From the NCBI GenBank assembly GCA_963733095.1, contig CAVTBV010000016.1, forward strand, positions 64,001 through 128,000: a stretch of 64,000 nucleotides of DNA. The letters run 5' to 3'. The notes under the pieces were generated by a model. The model was not told the origin of the DNA. It worked only from the letters and a program-made list of their open reading frames with translations, and ran no database searches. The DNA is from Candidatus Bathyarchaeota archaeon (lineage in GTDB: Archaea > Thermoproteota > Bathyarchaeia > Bathyarchaeales > Bathycorpusculaceae). Within the stretch, counting starts at the first letter, position 1, and each line of letters opens with the position of its first letter. The translations under genes were made by a program, and so were the position numbers. Shown piece after piece: positions 36,275 to 47,329 of the stretch.

Positions 36275-37543
36275 ATGAATATTACAGAAAAAATCTTAGC
36301 TAAATCCTCAGGAAAAAAAGCCGTGCATCCAGGCGAAATCGTCGACGCAAACGTTGACATGGTTATGATACACGACTTAACTGGACCTTTAGCGGTTGAA
36401 GCCTTCAAAAAGATAGGCGTACAAAAAGTTTGGAATAACAAAAAAGTAGTCGTAATTCTGGACCATCAAGTTCCAGCAGAATCCGTCAAGGCAGCAGAAC
36501 TACACAAAACCATGCGTCAATTCGCCAAAGAACAAAACCTCACCTTTTACGATGTAGGCCGGGGCGGAATATGCCACCAAGTTATGCCAGACAAAGGCCA
36601 CGTAGTTCCAGGAACAATCATCTTAGGCGCTGACTCACACACATGCACCTATGGCGCTTTTGGCGCTTTCGCAACAGGCATAGGCTCAACAGAAGCAGCT
36701 GCAGTCATGGCAACAGGAAAAATCTGGCTAAAAGTTCCCGAAGCCATCAAAGTAAACGTCACAGGAAAATTCAAACCCAACGTTACAGCCAAAGACTTAG
36801 TCTTAACCATTACAGGCAAACTGGGCGTAGACGGAGCAATCTACAAGAGCTTAGAATTCACAGGCCCGACTATAAAAAAGATGACGGTTTCAGGCAGAAT
36901 GACATTATGCAATATGGCAGTTGAAATGGGCGCGAAAAATGGCATCGTAGAACCCGACGAAACCACATGTAAATACTTAGAGACAAAAATTAAAAAAATG
37001 CCCAACTTGGATGTACTAAAGAGCGATACAGATGCAATATACAGTCAAATCTTCGAATTTGACGTTTCCAAAATGGAGCCTCAAGTAGCTTGTCCCTCAT
37101 CGGTCGACAACGTTAAACCAATAAGTAAAGTTGGAAAAATCAAGATTGACCAAGCCTTCATCGGTTCCTGTACCAACGGCAGACTAGAAGATTTGCAATT
37201 AGCTGCTAAAATAATGAAGGGCAAAAAAGTCGCTGACGGCGTCCGCGCTCTAGTTATTCCCGCATCTCAGGAAATTTATCAGCAAGCCGACAAAGAAGGA
37301 CTGTTACAAATCTTCACGGAAGCAGGTGCAATCGTCTGTGGCTCTGCGTGTGGACCTTGTTTAGGCGGCCACATTGGTTTACTGGCAGCAGGAGAATCAT
37401 GTGTGTCAACATCTAACCGCAACTTCATAGGCAGAATGGGCAGCACCCAAGCCAACGTTTACTTGGCATCTCCTGCAACCGTTGCAGCCTCTGCTTTAAC
37501 AGGAATAATAACAGACCCAACCGTGGAGAGTAAAGCGAAATGA
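36275..37543 (+). CDS. leuC: 3-isopropylmalate dehydratase large subunit
   Basis: GICHQ, GADSHTCTYGA, IGSCTNGR, CGPCLG, NRNF.GRMG; operon context. Confidence 0.92.
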   Translation: MNITEKILAKSSGKKAVHPGEIVDANVDMVMIHDLTGPLAVEAFKKIGVQKVWNNKKVVVILDHQVPAESVKAAELHKTMRQFAKEQNLTFYDVGRGGICHQVMPDKGHVVPGTIILGADSHTCTYGAFGAFATGIGSTEAAAVMATGKIWLKVPEAIKVNVTGKFKPNVTAKDLVLTITGKLGVDGAIYKSLEFTGPTIKKMTVSGRMTLCNMAVEMGAKNGIVEPDETTCKYLETKIKKMPNLDVLKSDTDAIYSQIFEFDVSKMEPQVACPSSVDNVKPISKVGKIKIDQAFIGSCTNGRLEDLQLAAKIMKGKKVADGVRALVIPASQEIYQQADKEGLLQIFTEAGAIVCGSACGPCLGGHIGLLAAGESCVSTSNRNFIGRMGSTQANVYLASPATVAASALTGIITDPTVESKAK

Positions 37544-38040
37544 ACAACAAAATCAAAGCTCCAGCCATAAAATTAGGCAACAACATCGACACAGACGTCA
37601 TTCTACCAGGCAAATACCTAATCTTAGTTGACCCCTGCGAATTAGCTAAACATGCATTGGAAAGCTTAGATACAGAGTTTGTTCAAAAAGCTAAAGGCGG
37701 CGTCATATTGGTAGGCGGCAAAAACTTCGGCTGCGGCTCAAGTCGTGAGCAGGCGCCCTTGGCGTTGAAGTACTCAGGAGTGAAATGCATCATCGCAGAA
37801 TCATTCGCCAGAATATTCTTCCGCAACGCAATCAACATCGGCTTGCCCGTAATCGAATGCAAAGGCATATCAAGAGCGGTTGAAACAAGCGACGAATTAA
37901 CCGTAGACTTTGAAACGGGCAAGATAGAAAACGTATCCAATAGCAAAAAGTTTCAAGTAGACAAGCTTCCACCATTCATCTTAGAAATCTTAACAGATGG
38001 CGGATTAATAGAGAACCTACGAAGGAAAATGAAAAAATGA
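37540..38040 (+). CDS. leuD: 3-isopropylmalate dehydratase small subunit
   Basis: NIDTDVI.P, NFGCGSSREQA, SFARIFFRN. Confidence 0.93.
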   Translation: MNNKIKAPAIKLGNNIDTDVILPGKYLILVDPCELAKHALESLDTEFVQKAKGGVILVGGKNFGCGSSREQAPLALKYSGVKCIIAESFARIFFRNAINIGLPVIECKGISRAVETSDELTVDFETGKIENVSNSKKFQVDKLPPFILEILTDGGLIENLRRKMKK

Positions 38041-39074
38041 CAGAATACAAAATATCCCTAATTCCAGGCGACGGCATCGGACCAGAATTAACCGAAGCCA
38101 CATTAAAAGTCCTAGATGCAGTTCAGAAAGAATTCGGCGTAAAACTTCAGATTGTAGAAGCTGAAGCAGGCGACGTTGCTCTTGAGAGAGTAGGCGCCGC
38201 ATTGCCAGCGGACACTGTGGAGAAAGTTAAGAACTCCCACGCATGCCTGAAAGGTCCAGTGGGTGAATCTGCAGCCGATGTAATTGTAAAGCTCAGAGTC
38301 ATGTTTGACTTGTATGCTAACCTACGCCCTCTGAAAGCCTATCCCAACGTTCCAGTTGCTCGCCCAGACATCGACATGATGTTTGTTCGCGAAAACACCG
38401 AGGACGTTTACAAGGGCTTAGAATTCACCATCGGGACAGACACCACCCTTTGCCTACGAGTTATCACAAGAAAAGCTTGCGAACGGATAGCCAAAAAAGC
38501 CTTCGACATCGCCCGCTTACGCAACGGCAAAAAGAAAGTCACAGCCATCCACAAAGCCAACGTCATGCGCGTCACCGACGGCTTATTTGCCAGCGTCTGC
38601 CGAGAAACAGCAGAACAGTATCCAGACATAGCCTTCAACGAACTCTACGTTGACGCAGCATCCATGCGATTAATCAAAGAACCAGAAATATTCGACGTCC
38701 TCTGCACATGCAACATGTTCGGCGACATCCTAAGCGACGAAGCAGCACAACAAATAGGCGGCTTAGGTATGGCTCCGGGCGCAAACATCAGCGACAACTT
38801 TGGCCTCTTCGAACCTATCCACGGATCTGCACCAAACCGAGCAGGAAAACACACCGCCAACCCAATCTCAATGATTCTTTCAGCAAAAATGATGCTTGAG
38901 TGGCTGGGAGAAAAATACGGCGACAAGAAATGCTTACAAGCAGGCGCAGCCATAGAGAACGGAGTAGTGTACGCTTTGCGTAACCGTCAAACTGTTCCAG
39001 ACTGCGGCGGCACCACCTCAACTGTGGGCATGGCTGAAGCCATCGCTGCAGCCTTAACCGTAAAAAGTGGCTGA
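38037..39074 (+). CDS. leuB: 3-isopropylmalate dehydrogenase
   Basis: GDGIGPE, VRENTED.Y, NMFGDILSDE, EPIHGSAP; between leuD and leuA. Confidence 0.9.
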   Translation: MTEYKISLIPGDGIGPELTEATLKVLDAVQKEFGVKLQIVEAEAGDVALERVGAALPADTVEKVKNSHACLKGPVGESAADVIVKLRVMFDLYANLRPLKAYPNVPVARPDIDMMFVRENTEDVYKGLEFTIGTDTTLCLRVITRKACERIAKKAFDIARLRNGKKKVTAIHKANVMRVTDGLFASVCRETAEQYPDIAFNELYVDAASMRLIKEPEIFDVLCTCNMFGDILSDEAAQQIGGLGMAPGANISDNFGLFEPIHGSAPNRAGKHTANPISMILSAKMMLEWLGEKYGDKKCLQAGAAIENGVVYALRNRQTVPDCGGTTSTVGMAEAIAAALTVKSG

Positions 39075-40605
39075 TAGCATGTCAAACAAAAACCAAAAAA
39101 CCATTCGAATTTTTGATACCACTCTAAGAGACGGGGAACAAACCCCCGGAGTTTCCTTGACCGCCGACGACAAGATTGAGATTGCACACCAACTCAGCAA
39201 ACTAGGAGTCGACGTCATCGAGGCAGGTTTTCCAAGCTCATCTGAAGGCGAAAAAAAAGTCGTCAAAGACATAGCCAAATCAGGCTTAACCTCAGAAATC
39301 TGCGCCCTGTCCAGAGCAACAAGGGGCGATATCGATGCAGCCCTGGAGTGTGATGTAGACGTAGTTCATGTTTTCATCCCAACCTCACCAGTCCAAATGA
39401 AATACGCCGTTAACTTGACGCCAGAGCAAGTGCTGGCCGCTACGGCAGATTCAGTTTCTTACGTCAAGAAACATGGGATAAAATGCGAGTTTTCACCCAT
39501 GGACGCAACACGCTCCGAAATGCCTTTCCTAAAAAAAGTCTGCAAAGCCGCACAGGAAGCAGGCATGGACAGCCTAAACGTACCCGACACCGTTGGAATT
39601 ATGATTCCCAAAACAACAATCCAACTAATAGAAGACCTAAAAACCGTCGTCACAGTACCGATAAGCACTCACTGCCACGACGATTTCGGTTTAGCAGTCG
39701 CCAATTCACTTGCGGCTGTTGAAGCAGGCGCAGCCCAAGTGCACGTCGCCGTCAACGGGTTAGGCGAACGCGCAGGCAACGCCGCGTTGGAAGAAGTGGT
39801 TATGGCGCTGCATATGATTTACAAGTACAAAACAAACGTAAACAGCAGGTTGCTGTACAGTACTTCAAGAATGGTTGCCTCTTTAACAGGCATAACCGTG
39901 CAGGCTAACAAAGCCATCGTCGGCGAAAACGCATTTGCCCACGAATCAGGAATCCACACCCGCGGCGTGACCGAGAAACCGTTAACATTCGAACCTATAA
40001 ACCCCGAATTAGTCGGCAGAACAAGAAAACTGGTCGCTGGCAAACTGGCAGGAACCCGAGGTATCAAAGCTGAACTTGAAGAAATCGGTATCCACCCAAC
40101 AGAGGAACAACTAAAGGAAATCGTTGGGCGCGTCAAAGAACTAGGCAACAAGGGCAAGATGGTCACCGATGCTGATTTAGTCGCGTTGACTTCTGCTGTT
40201 ATGGGTGAAGTGCTTGGTGAAGAAAAAATCGTTGACCTCTGCGACATGGCCGTCGTCACAGGCATCAAAGTCATCCCAACCGCATCAGTCCGCTTAGTTT
40301 TGAATGGAAAAGAATACGTTGCTGCCGAAACAGGTGTTGGACCAGTTGACGCTGTGTTGAAGGCTATTCAGAAGTTGACCAGTAGCATAGAGAACATCCG
40401 CTTAAGCGAGTACAGATTGGAAGCTATTACGGGCGGTTCAAACGCGGTTGCTGAAGTTGTCATAAAAGTCGAAGACGAAAAAGGCAACATCGTTTCAGCC
40501 AGAGCCGCCAGAGAAGACATCGTCATGGCAAGCGTTGAAGCAATGATAAACGGTATAAACAAACTCTTGCTAAAGAACCATCAAAAGCAGGGAAACAAAA
40601 AGTGA
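39067..40605 (+). CDS. leuA: 2-isopropylmalate synthase (start may be ATG 39079)
   Basis: [27 protein letters not shown]-terminal allosteric domain; leu operon context. Confidence 0.85.
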   Translation: MADSMSNKNQKTIRIFDTTLRDGEQTPGVSLTADDKIEIAHQLSKLGVDVIEAGFPSSSEGEKKVVKDIAKSGLTSEICALSRATRGDIDAALECDVDVVHVFIPTSPVQMKYAVNLTPEQVLAATADSVSYVKKHGIKCEFSPMDATRSEMPFLKKVCKAAQEAGMDSLNVPDTVGIMIPKTTIQLIEDLKTVVTVPISTHCHDDFGLAVANSLAAVEAGAAQVHVAVNGLGERAGNAALEEVVMALHMIYKYKTNVNSRLLYSTSRMVASLTGITVQANKAIVGENAFAHESGIHTRGVTEKPLTFEPINPELVGRTRKLVAGKLAGTRGIKAELEEIGIHPTEEQLKEIVGRVKELGNKGKMVTDADLVALTSAVMGEVLGEEKIVDLCDMAVVTGIKVIPTASVRLVLNGKEYVAAETGVGPVDAVLKAIQKLTSSIENIRLSEYRLEAITGGSNAVAEVVIKVEDEKGNIVSARAAREDIVMASVEAMINGINKLLLKNHQKQGNKK

Positions 40606-41420
40606 AAACAGTAGCCTTCCAAGGCGAACCTGGAGCCTACAGCGAAAGCGCAGTCTACCAGTTCTTCGGCTCAAAAGTCCAAGTTAAACCCTGCAGGGAT
40701 TTTCGCGATGTCTTTGAAAGCGTAAAGAAGCAGGAAGTCGAAGCGGGCGTAGTGCCAGTTGAGAACTCCCTTGAAGGCAGCATCAACCAAAACTACGACT
40801 TATTCTTCAGCTATAATCTGAGAGTCTGCGGAGAAGTTATCGTCAAAATCGCCCACTGCCTAATCGTAAACCCAGGAACAAGCAAAGACCAAATCAAATC
40901 AGTTTACTCCCATCCGCAAGCCTTGGCGCAATGCAGAAGCTACCTTGAAAAGTCAAAATGGGAAATAATCCCAACCTACGACACCGCGGGTAGCGTCAAA
41001 ATCATCAAAGAACAAAACCTCAAAAACGCCGCGGCCATCGCCAGTGAAAGAGCGGCAGAACTCTACAGCATGCAAATCTTGGCAAGAGATATAGCAGATA
41101 ACAAAGAAAACTATACACGCTTCTTTGTTCTATCCAACGAAGATTCGCCAGTTACAGGCAAAGACAAAACCAGCATAATCTTCTCAGCTAAACATGAACC
41201 AGGCTCACTCTACAACGCATTGGGAGAATTCGCCAAACGCAACATCAACCTAACACGCATCGAATCCAGACCCACCAAAAAAACAGCTTGGGAATACAAC
41301 TTTTACCTTGACTTTGAGGGACATCGAACCGAACAAAAATGCGCCGAAGCCCTAAAAGCACTGGAAAAGTACGCGACGTTTATTAAAGTCTTGGGCTCTT
41401 ACCCCAAGGCTACTTACTGA
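40602..41420 (+). CDS. pheA: Prephenate dehydratase (PDT-ACT)
   Basis: QGEPGAYSE, PVENS.EG, SHPQALAQC, NYTRF, IESRP. Confidence 0.96.
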   Translation: MKTVAFQGEPGAYSESAVYQFFGSKVQVKPCRDFRDVFESVKKQEVEAGVVPVENSLEGSINQNYDLFFSYNLRVCGEVIVKIAHCLIVNPGTSKDQIKSVYSHPQALAQCRSYLEKSKWEIIPTYDTAGSVKIIKEQNLKNAAAIASERAAELYSMQILARDIADNKENYTRFFVLSNEDSPVTGKDKTSIIFSAKHEPGSLYNALGEFAKRNINLTRIESRPTKKTAWEYNFYLDFEGHRTEQKCAEALKALEKYATFIKVLGSYPKATY

Positions 41421-41778
41421 GTTTTTTCTTTCCTTCTTTTTTAGGTGGCAACGATGAAACATAATTTATTGATTTGTCTAAATATTCAGCGAAAAGTTTG
41501 TCGTCCGAATAGATAGTTTTTGGAAGAATAATGTAGCCTTTCATCGCTCTTCCCGGCATGGGCTCAAAAGCAGCAACATCCTTGCAATCACTCATTACTT
41601 CCACCATGTCAGCCTCCGATAGCCTCATGAACAGTTTGTCGCCGTGAACCCCCACAAACATGTTGCCGTTAAAAAAGTAAGCTGGGTACCCGAACATCTT
41701 TTTGTAATCGCAGTTTTTATCTTTCATTTTATCATTTATGAAGTCAACAAGTTCAGCTGGCGCTTTTTTCCATTCCAT
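41410..41778 (-). CDS. TfoX N-terminal domain protein
   Basis: KKMFG.P.YF.NGNMF, F.PMPGR.MK.Y, SLPPK. Confidence 0.85.
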   Translation of the reverse strand: MEWKKAPAELVDFINDKMKDKNCDYKKMFGYPAYFFNGNMFVGVHGDKLFMRLSEADMVEVMSDCKDVAAFEPMPGRAMKGYIILPKTIYSDDKLFAEYLDKSINYVSSLPPKKEGKKKLSK

Positions 41779-41835
41779 AAAAACAGCTCAAATAGTAAAA
41801 ACAAGAATGGTTACTTGAGTTTTTCTGTTTTGCGC

Positions 41836-42708
41836 TTATTTTTCTGTGGATTCGAGCATTTTGTACATAACATCGTAGGATTCTGCGAAGTCGCTGTCAG
41901 CGGCGGTTAGCTTCTTTTTGATTTGTTCCATTTTCTCGACTATTGCTTTTTGGTCTTTGTTTTTGATGAGGGTTAGCAGTTCTTGGGCTTTAGCCATAAA
42001 GAGGTCTTCGATTTCTCCAAGCCCCGACAGGTTTGTCTGTACGGCTGCATAGAGGTCGGGGGTTTCCAGTGCGGTTGCTTCTGCTAGGGTGAATAGCATT
42101 CGGTAGGTTGTGCCTGCGACTTTTTTTGTTTCAGGCAGGTTCTTTTGTTCCAGCAAGGTTTCGCATGCGACTAAGCCTAGAAAATGCGGCAACCCCAAAA
42201 CAACTGACATGAGTTCATCGTGTTTTTTGGGTGTCATGATGAAAACGTGGGCTTTTTCCTGTTCGAGCCATTGTTTGTATTTTTCCGCAAACTCCTGTTC
42301 CTTGCCGTTTGTCGGTGTTAGAACGTAGGCTTTGTGTTTGACGCCGTTGCTTCCTGGACCAAAAACTGGGTGTGTACCCAACACAGTGGCTTTTTTGATG
42401 TATTGGTGCATGGTGTTAACTGGTGTTTCCTTGATTGATGCAATGTCTATGACAAACTGTCCTTCATGCAATACTGGACTTATTTTTTTAACGACTTCTT
42501 CGATGGCGTTTATGGATACGCATAGGTAGATTTGGTCAGCGTCTTGGGCTGCTTCTTGGAAGTTTGTGGTTAAGTCCACCAGTAGATCTTTTAGATTTTC
42601 AAGTTTCTCTTTTTTTCTATCTGCTAAAACTACATCGTAATCTTTGGAGAGAAAAAATTTGGCGAACCAAACGCCCATTTTCCCCGCGCCGATTACGGCA
42701 ATTCTCAT
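41836..42708 (-). CDS. tyrA: Prephenate dehydrogenase
   Basis: IG.GKMG Rossmann fold, D.ASIK, HPVFGP, HD..MS...GLPH. Confidence 0.93.
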   Translation of the reverse strand: MRIAVIGAGKMGVWFAKFFLSKDYDVVLADRKKEKLENLKDLLVDLTTNFQEAAQDADQIYLCVSINAIEEVVKKISPVLHEGQFVIDIASIKETPVNTMHQYIKKATVLGTHPVFGPGSNGVKHKAYVLTPTNGKEQEFAEKYKQWLEQEKAHVFIMTPKKHDELMSVVLGLPHFLGLVACETLLEQKNLPETKKVAGTTYRMLFTLAEATALETPDLYAAVQTNLSGLGEIEDLFMAKAQELLTLIKNKDQKAIVEKMEQIKKKLTAADSDFAESYDVMYKMLESTEK

Positions 42709-43787
42709 TGAGTTGCTGCCTCGCAGATTTTATTGAGCCCAACCTCGATTTGGTCGTCTGGCGCAGTTAGGGATATGCGGAAGTGCTCGTGGTAGTCGCC
42801 AAAAGCTGATCCTGGAGCAACAGCAACGCCCTTGTCAAGCAGGTTTAAGGTGAATTTCTCGCCGTCTAATCCGTCGAGTTTAGGAAACACGTAGAAGGGT
42901 GCGTCGGGTTTGGTGAATTTGAAGCCTGCCGCTGCGAGTTTGGTGCTTGCGAGGTCTGCGCGTTGTTTGTATTTTGTTTTGATGGCGGAGGCGATTTGTT
43001 TGTGCAGTTCTAAGCCTTTTAATGCGGCGTCTTGGATGAAGACGGGCACGTTGTTGATGGTTATTTGGTTGAGTTTGGTTACGTTGTCGATGAGCATTTT
43101 GTTTGCTATCAAGTAGCCTATGCGCCACCCAGTCATTGTGAATGTTTTGGAGAAGCCGTTTGAAAGGATATGCTTGCAGTCGCAGTCGTAGTCAAGGATG
43201 CTTTTGGTTTTCACGAAGCTGATTGCGCCGTACACTTCGTCGGAGAGGATGGTGACGCCTTTTTTGTTAGCTAACTCCACTATGCCATCGAGGGTTTTGT
43301 CGTCTATGGCTTTGCTTGTGGGGTTGTTTGGGTTGTTGAGGATAATCATTTTTGTTTCGCTGTCAATCAAGCCCTCAAGCTTGTCAAGGTGAATTTTCCA
43401 GCCGTCTTCCATTTCCGTCCGCAAAAGCTTGGTTTTCGCGCCAAAACTCTTCGCGATTAAATCGTAAGCTGTCCAGTATGGAGTAGGAATGATTACGTTG
43501 CCGCCGTTTTTGAGCATCAGAAACATCGTTGAGAATATCGCCCATTTTGAACCCGGCGTAATAACCACGTTCTCAGTTTTGACGCCGTGGACCTCTGCAA
43601 TTTTCTGCCTTAGCTTCAGCTCGCCATAAGAGGAGGAATACTTGGTTTTGCCAGCCTTCAAAGAAGCATACGCAGCTTCCACTATTTCGGGCGGCGTAGC
43701 TAAGTCTGGGTCACCCAGGTTTAGACGAATTATCTTTTTTCCTTCACTTTCAAGCTTGAGTGCTTTCTCGTTTATCTCGTAGAGCAT
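42705..43787 (-). CDS. Class I PLP-dependent aminotransferase (probably aromatic/aspartate)
   Basis: NNPNNPT, SDEVY, FSKTFTMTGWRIG; start set at ATG 43787. Confidence 0.92.
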   Translation of the reverse strand: MLYEINEKALKLESEGKKIIRLNLGDPDLATPPEIVEAAYASLKAGKTKYSSSYGELKLRQKIAEVHGVKTENVVITPGSKWAIFSTMFLMLKNGGNVIIPTPYWTAYDLIAKSFGAKTKLLRTEMEDGWKIHLDKLEGLIDSETKMIILNNPNNPTSKAIDDKTLDGIVELANKKGVTILSDEVYGAISFVKTKSILDYDCDCKHILSNGFSKTFTMTGWRIGYLIANKMLIDNVTKLNQITINNVPVFIQDAALKGLELHKQIASAIKTKYKQRADLASTKLAAAGFKFTKPDAPFYVFPKLDGLDGEKFTLNLLDKGVAVAPGSAFGDYHEHFRISLTAPDDQIEVGLNKICEAATQ

Positions 43788-43813
43788 TTCATCGAAATCT
43801 CCATTAAGAGCTT

Positions 43814-44074
43814 TTATTCTTGAACCGCACTGCACATATTAACTATTTCGCGGTAAACTGCTTCAATTTGACCAGCATCAAGACCGAATTCGGTTCCTTT
43901 TGATCTAATCCGCGTGTAGACATCATTTTCCCTTGACGTGTCTCGAACGGGTTTTCCTTGCTTCTTCTTTGCAGCCCCGATGGTTTTGCATATGTTAACC
44001 CGTTGGCATAAGGCGCTTAGGATTTGGTCGTCGATTTCGTCGATTTTTTTTCTGAGACTTGAAAGTTCATCCAT
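43814..44074 (-). CDS. aroQ: Chorismate mutase, AroQ type
   Basis: LRKKIDEIDDQI...R...IG..K....PVRD..RE. Confidence 0.93.
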   Translation of the reverse strand: MDELSSLRKKIDEIDDQILSALCQRVNICKTIGAAKKKQGKPVRDTSRENDVYTRIRSKGTEFGLDAGQIEAVYREIVNMCSAVQE

Positions 44075-44076
44075 GT

Positions 44077-45180
44077 TTAATGCTCCTTGAGGATTTGGGG
44101 AATGTAGCCTTTGCGGATCAGGTGGTCAGCTAAGGTTATGGCAACCGCTGCTTCGATGGCGGGCACTGCTTTTGGAACCACACAAGGGTCATGTCTACCT
44201 TTAACATTCAAAGAGGCATTCTCCATCTTGTACATGTCAACGGTCGTCTGTTCCTTAGCGATTGAGGGCGTGGGCTTTATTGCTGCTCGAATCAAAATCG
44301 GCATGCCGCTTGACAAACCGCCCAGAATGCCACCTGCATTCTCCGTTGCAGTAACAACCTTGCCGTTTTTCACAAGATAAGCATCGTTGTTCTCTGAGCC
44401 CCGCAAACGTGCAGCCCCAAAGCCAACACCGAATTCAACCCCTTTTACAGCGGGAACAGCAAACACTGCCTTCGCTAAATCAGCATCCAACGCATCAAAC
44501 AGCGGCTCACCAACCCCGACAGGCATGTTTAGCACGACACATTCAACTATGCCGCCCAGGCTGTCGCCTTCTTTTTTAGCTTCGACGATGGTTTCTTCCA
44601 TCTTTTCTGCGCAGGCTAAGTCGGGGCAACGGGTCGCGGCTGCGTAGCGGTTTTTGCGGATTTCGGAGAAACTAAACTGCCGTTGGCTTTTAACGTTGCC
44701 AATGGCTAAGGTGTAAGCTAAAACATCAACATTGTACCTGCTGAGCAGTTTTTTGGCTATGGTGCCAGCCATTATGAGGGCAACTGTGACTCTGCCTGAG
44801 AAGCGTCCGCCGCCTCGGTAATCGTTAAAGCCGCCATATCTGACGCGCGCCGGGTAATCTGAGTGTCCAGGTCGTGGCAGGTCTTTTATGGCTTCGTAAT
44901 CGCTGGATTGGGTCTCTTTGTTCTCAACCATCAGAGCGATTGGAGCACCAGTCGTTAACCTGTTAAAGACGCCTGAGAGAATTTGGGCTTTGTCTTTTTC
45001 GACCCGAGCAGAAACAATTTTGGGCTCAGCTGGAATTCTGAGGTCAAGTTCCTCCTGAAAATCAGCTTCCGAGAGCGGCAAGCCAGCTGGGCAACCATCC
45101 ACAACGACGCCGACGACTTTGCCGTGGCTCTCCCCAAACGTTGTAACAATGAATTCTTTACCTATCGAATTTCCCGCCAA
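44077..45180 (-). CDS. aroC: Chorismate synthase
   Basis: TFGESHG, RPGH.D, GGGR.SGR, KPTPSI, GRHDPC. Confidence 0.98.
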   Translation of the reverse strand: MAGNSIGKEFIVTTFGESHGKVVGVVVDGCPAGLPLSEADFQEELDLRIPAEPKIVSARVEKDKAQILSGVFNRLTTGAPIALMVENKETQSSDYEAIKDLPRPGHSDYPARVRYGGFNDYRGGGRFSGRVTVALIMAGTIAKKLLSRYNVDVLAYTLAIGNVKSQRQFSFSEIRKNRYAAATRCPDLACAEKMEETIVEAKKEGDSLGGIVECVVLNMPVGVGEPLFDALDADLAKAVFAVPAVKGVEFGVGFGAARLRGSENNDAYLVKNGKVVTATENAGGILGGLSSGMPILIRAAIKPTPSIAKEQTTVDMYKMENASLNVKGRHDPCVVPKAVPAIEAAVAITLADHLIRKGYIPQILKEH

Positions 45181-46456
45181 CTAAGTTAGCTCCTAGTTGT
45201 TTTAGATGAGTAAAGAACTGCGGATAAGACTTTCTGACGCACTCGGCGTTTTGGATTGTTGTTTCTCCTTCTGCGCCTAAAGCGGCGACTGCGCATGCCA
45301 TCGCAATCCGGTGGTCGTTATGGGAATTTATGACCGCACCATGTAGAGGCGAACCACCCTCTATGATTAAACCGTCATTGCTGATTGTGATTTGTGCCCC
45401 CATCTTTGTTAGTTCAAGGTAGAGTGATTCAAGTCGGTCGGATTCCTTGAGGCGAAGCCTGTGGGCGCCAAAAATGTGGGAGAGCCCTTTTGAGTAGCAT
45501 GCAAGAACCGCTATTGCTGGGACAAGGTCAAGAATGTTCTTGGCGTCTATCTCTAAAGGTCTAAGAGCTGAACCTGTGCCTTCGATCTCAACATTATCCT
45601 CGCAGACTTTCCCGTTAACACCCATGTGTTTTAGGATGCCCATGATGGCCTTGTCACCCTGAACACTGCTATAACTAAGGTTGTTTATTTGGACTTTAGA
45701 AGTGGTTATGGCTGCGGCGGCGAGGAGAAAAGCGGCTGAGGAAAAATCGCCCGGAACTCTGCCGTCTTGAGGTGTGTAGGTTTGGTTTGCTGGGATATGA
45801 ATGTGGTTTTCATGGGCAGGCACCTTAATTCCATGGTTAACAAGGACCACTTCGGTCATTTTTACGTAGTCCGCGGACTCCAACGGCGAAGTCAGCATTA
45901 TTTCCGTGTCCACCTTAGCCATTGGACAGGCAAACATCAAGCCAGAAATAAACTGTGAGCTAACATCGCCCGCAATGAAGGTTTCACCCCCGACAATTCC
46001 GTCACCTTCAACGAAAACTGCGTCTTTGCCTTCGAGTTTTCCAATTTCGGCGTTAGCCCCGAGTTCTTTGAGGCTTGCCAACAAAGGAGCCACAGGACGT
46101 TTCTCAATGGAACCCTTAAACACCAAGGTCGAAGGACCATTCGCAAGTGCAGACACAGGAATCATGAAACGCAAAGTCGCACCTGATTCACCACAGTCGA
46201 TTGGCTCCTTTGCGCATTTAAGCGGCAACGCTCCTTTAATTGTCCAGCAGCCCTCTGCAACCGTCACTTTTGCACCCAAAGCTGTAACAGCTCGAAGTGT
46301 GGCTTCTGTGTCGTCGGATAAGAGTGGATTTGATACCTTGGATGTGCCGTGGGAGAGGGCAGCGGCGATTACCATTCTCTGTGTGTAGGACTTTGAGGGT
46401 GGCGCACAAACTTGGCCGCTTAACTTTTCGGTTTTTTTAATTTTTACATCAGTCAT
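45158..46456 (-). CDS. aroA: EPSP synthase
   Basis: PPSKS, GESGATLRF, SSQFISGL, KESDR, DHRIAM, KSYP.F; start at ATG 46456. Confidence 0.97.
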   Translation of the reverse strand: MTDVKIKKTEKLSGQVCAPPSKSYTQRMVIAAALSHGTSKVSNPLLSDDTEATLRAVTALGAKVTVAEGCWTIKGALPLKCAKEPIDCGESGATLRFMIPVSALANGPSTLVFKGSIEKRPVAPLLASLKELGANAEIGKLEGKDAVFVEGDGIVGGETFIAGDVSSQFISGLMFACPMAKVDTEIMLTSPLESADYVKMTEVVLVNHGIKVPAHENHIHIPANQTYTPQDGRVPGDFSSAAFLLAAAAITTSKVQINNLSYSSVQGDKAIMGILKHMGVNGKVCEDNVEIEGTGSALRPLEIDAKNILDLVPAIAVLACYSKGLSHIFGAHRLRLKESDRLESLYLELTKMGAQITISNDGLIIEGGSPLHGAVINSHNDHRIAMACAVAALGAEGETTIQNAECVRKSYPQFFTHLKQLGANLVGGKFDR

Positions 46457-47327
46457 TAAAATACACCTTGGCTTTTTCACAGTTCAATTTTGTCTGCAAG
46501 ATTTCGCCTTCATACTTTTGCAGAGCGGCTTTAACTGAATCAGCCTTGTCTTTGGGAACTACAGCGGTTACCGCTGGTCCTTTGCCGCACAACCCAGCCG
46601 CCACTGCCCCAGCCGCCAATGCATCGATGGCGATTGCGGGGTTGAAGTTGCATGCTGAAGAGTAAATCAGGCCATTTAGAGTGAGGGCTTCCCAAACCTT
46701 GCCTTCCAAAGCCTTCTCAAACGCTATTTCGACAAGGGGCTTGACAGTTTTGAGCCTGTTAACGTTTGAGTCTGCGGTGTAGGCTTTTTCTGGCGGCACA
46801 TGAAAGAGCACACTTAAGTCTTCTTGCAACGGCATCTGTTTGATTATTTCCCGTTTCAGGTTATCAGTAACCACTATGCCGCCGAAGTATGAAGCGCAAG
46901 CATCATCGAACGCGCCTGTCACAGTGACTTTTGCGTCAAAAGCTGCTTCAACACCTATCTTGACGATTTCTAAGTCATCGAGTTTTTTGCCAAGCGCCGT
47001 CGTGGTTGCTAGGGCAGTTGCGTTTGCGGCGGCGCTACTGCTTTTGAGTCCCTTGGCGATGGGGATGCTTGAGCGGGTTTTAATTTTTACGCCAAAACTC
47101 TTTTCTAAACTGAATCTTTGCAGGACACGTGCCGCTGTTTTTTCGATGAGAAGTGTGCTTTCTTTTGGGTCAGATACAATTTCTGCGTTGATAACGCCTG
47201 GTTCGTCGGTTAGTTTGACTTCTGCTTTAGTCCACAAATCCACACCAAACGCTGCACCCTTCCCAAGTGCAATCGCGTTAACGATTGTGGCAGCTCCATG
47301 GGTAATTGCAGTTGCTTTCCCAGTCAA
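46449..47327 (-). CDS. aroK: Archaeal (GHMP-family) shikimate kinase
   Basis: TIVNAIA.GKG.A, GLKSSSA, TGAFDDA.AS. Confidence 0.96.
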   Translation of the reverse strand: MTGKATAITHGAATIVNAIALGKGAAFGVDLWTKAEVKLTDEPGVINAEIVSDPKESTLLIEKTAARVLQRFSLEKSFGVKIKTRSSIPIAKGLKSSSAAANATALATTTALGKKLDDLEIVKIGVEAAFDAKVTVTGAFDDACASYFGGIVVTDNLKREIIKQMPLQEDLSVLFHVPPEKAYTADSNVNRLKTVKPLVEIAFEKALEGKVWEALTLNGLIYSSACNFNPAIAIDALAAGAVAAGLCGKGPAVTAVVPKDKADSVKAALQKYEGEILQTKLNCEKAKVYFND

Positions 47328-47329
47328 TT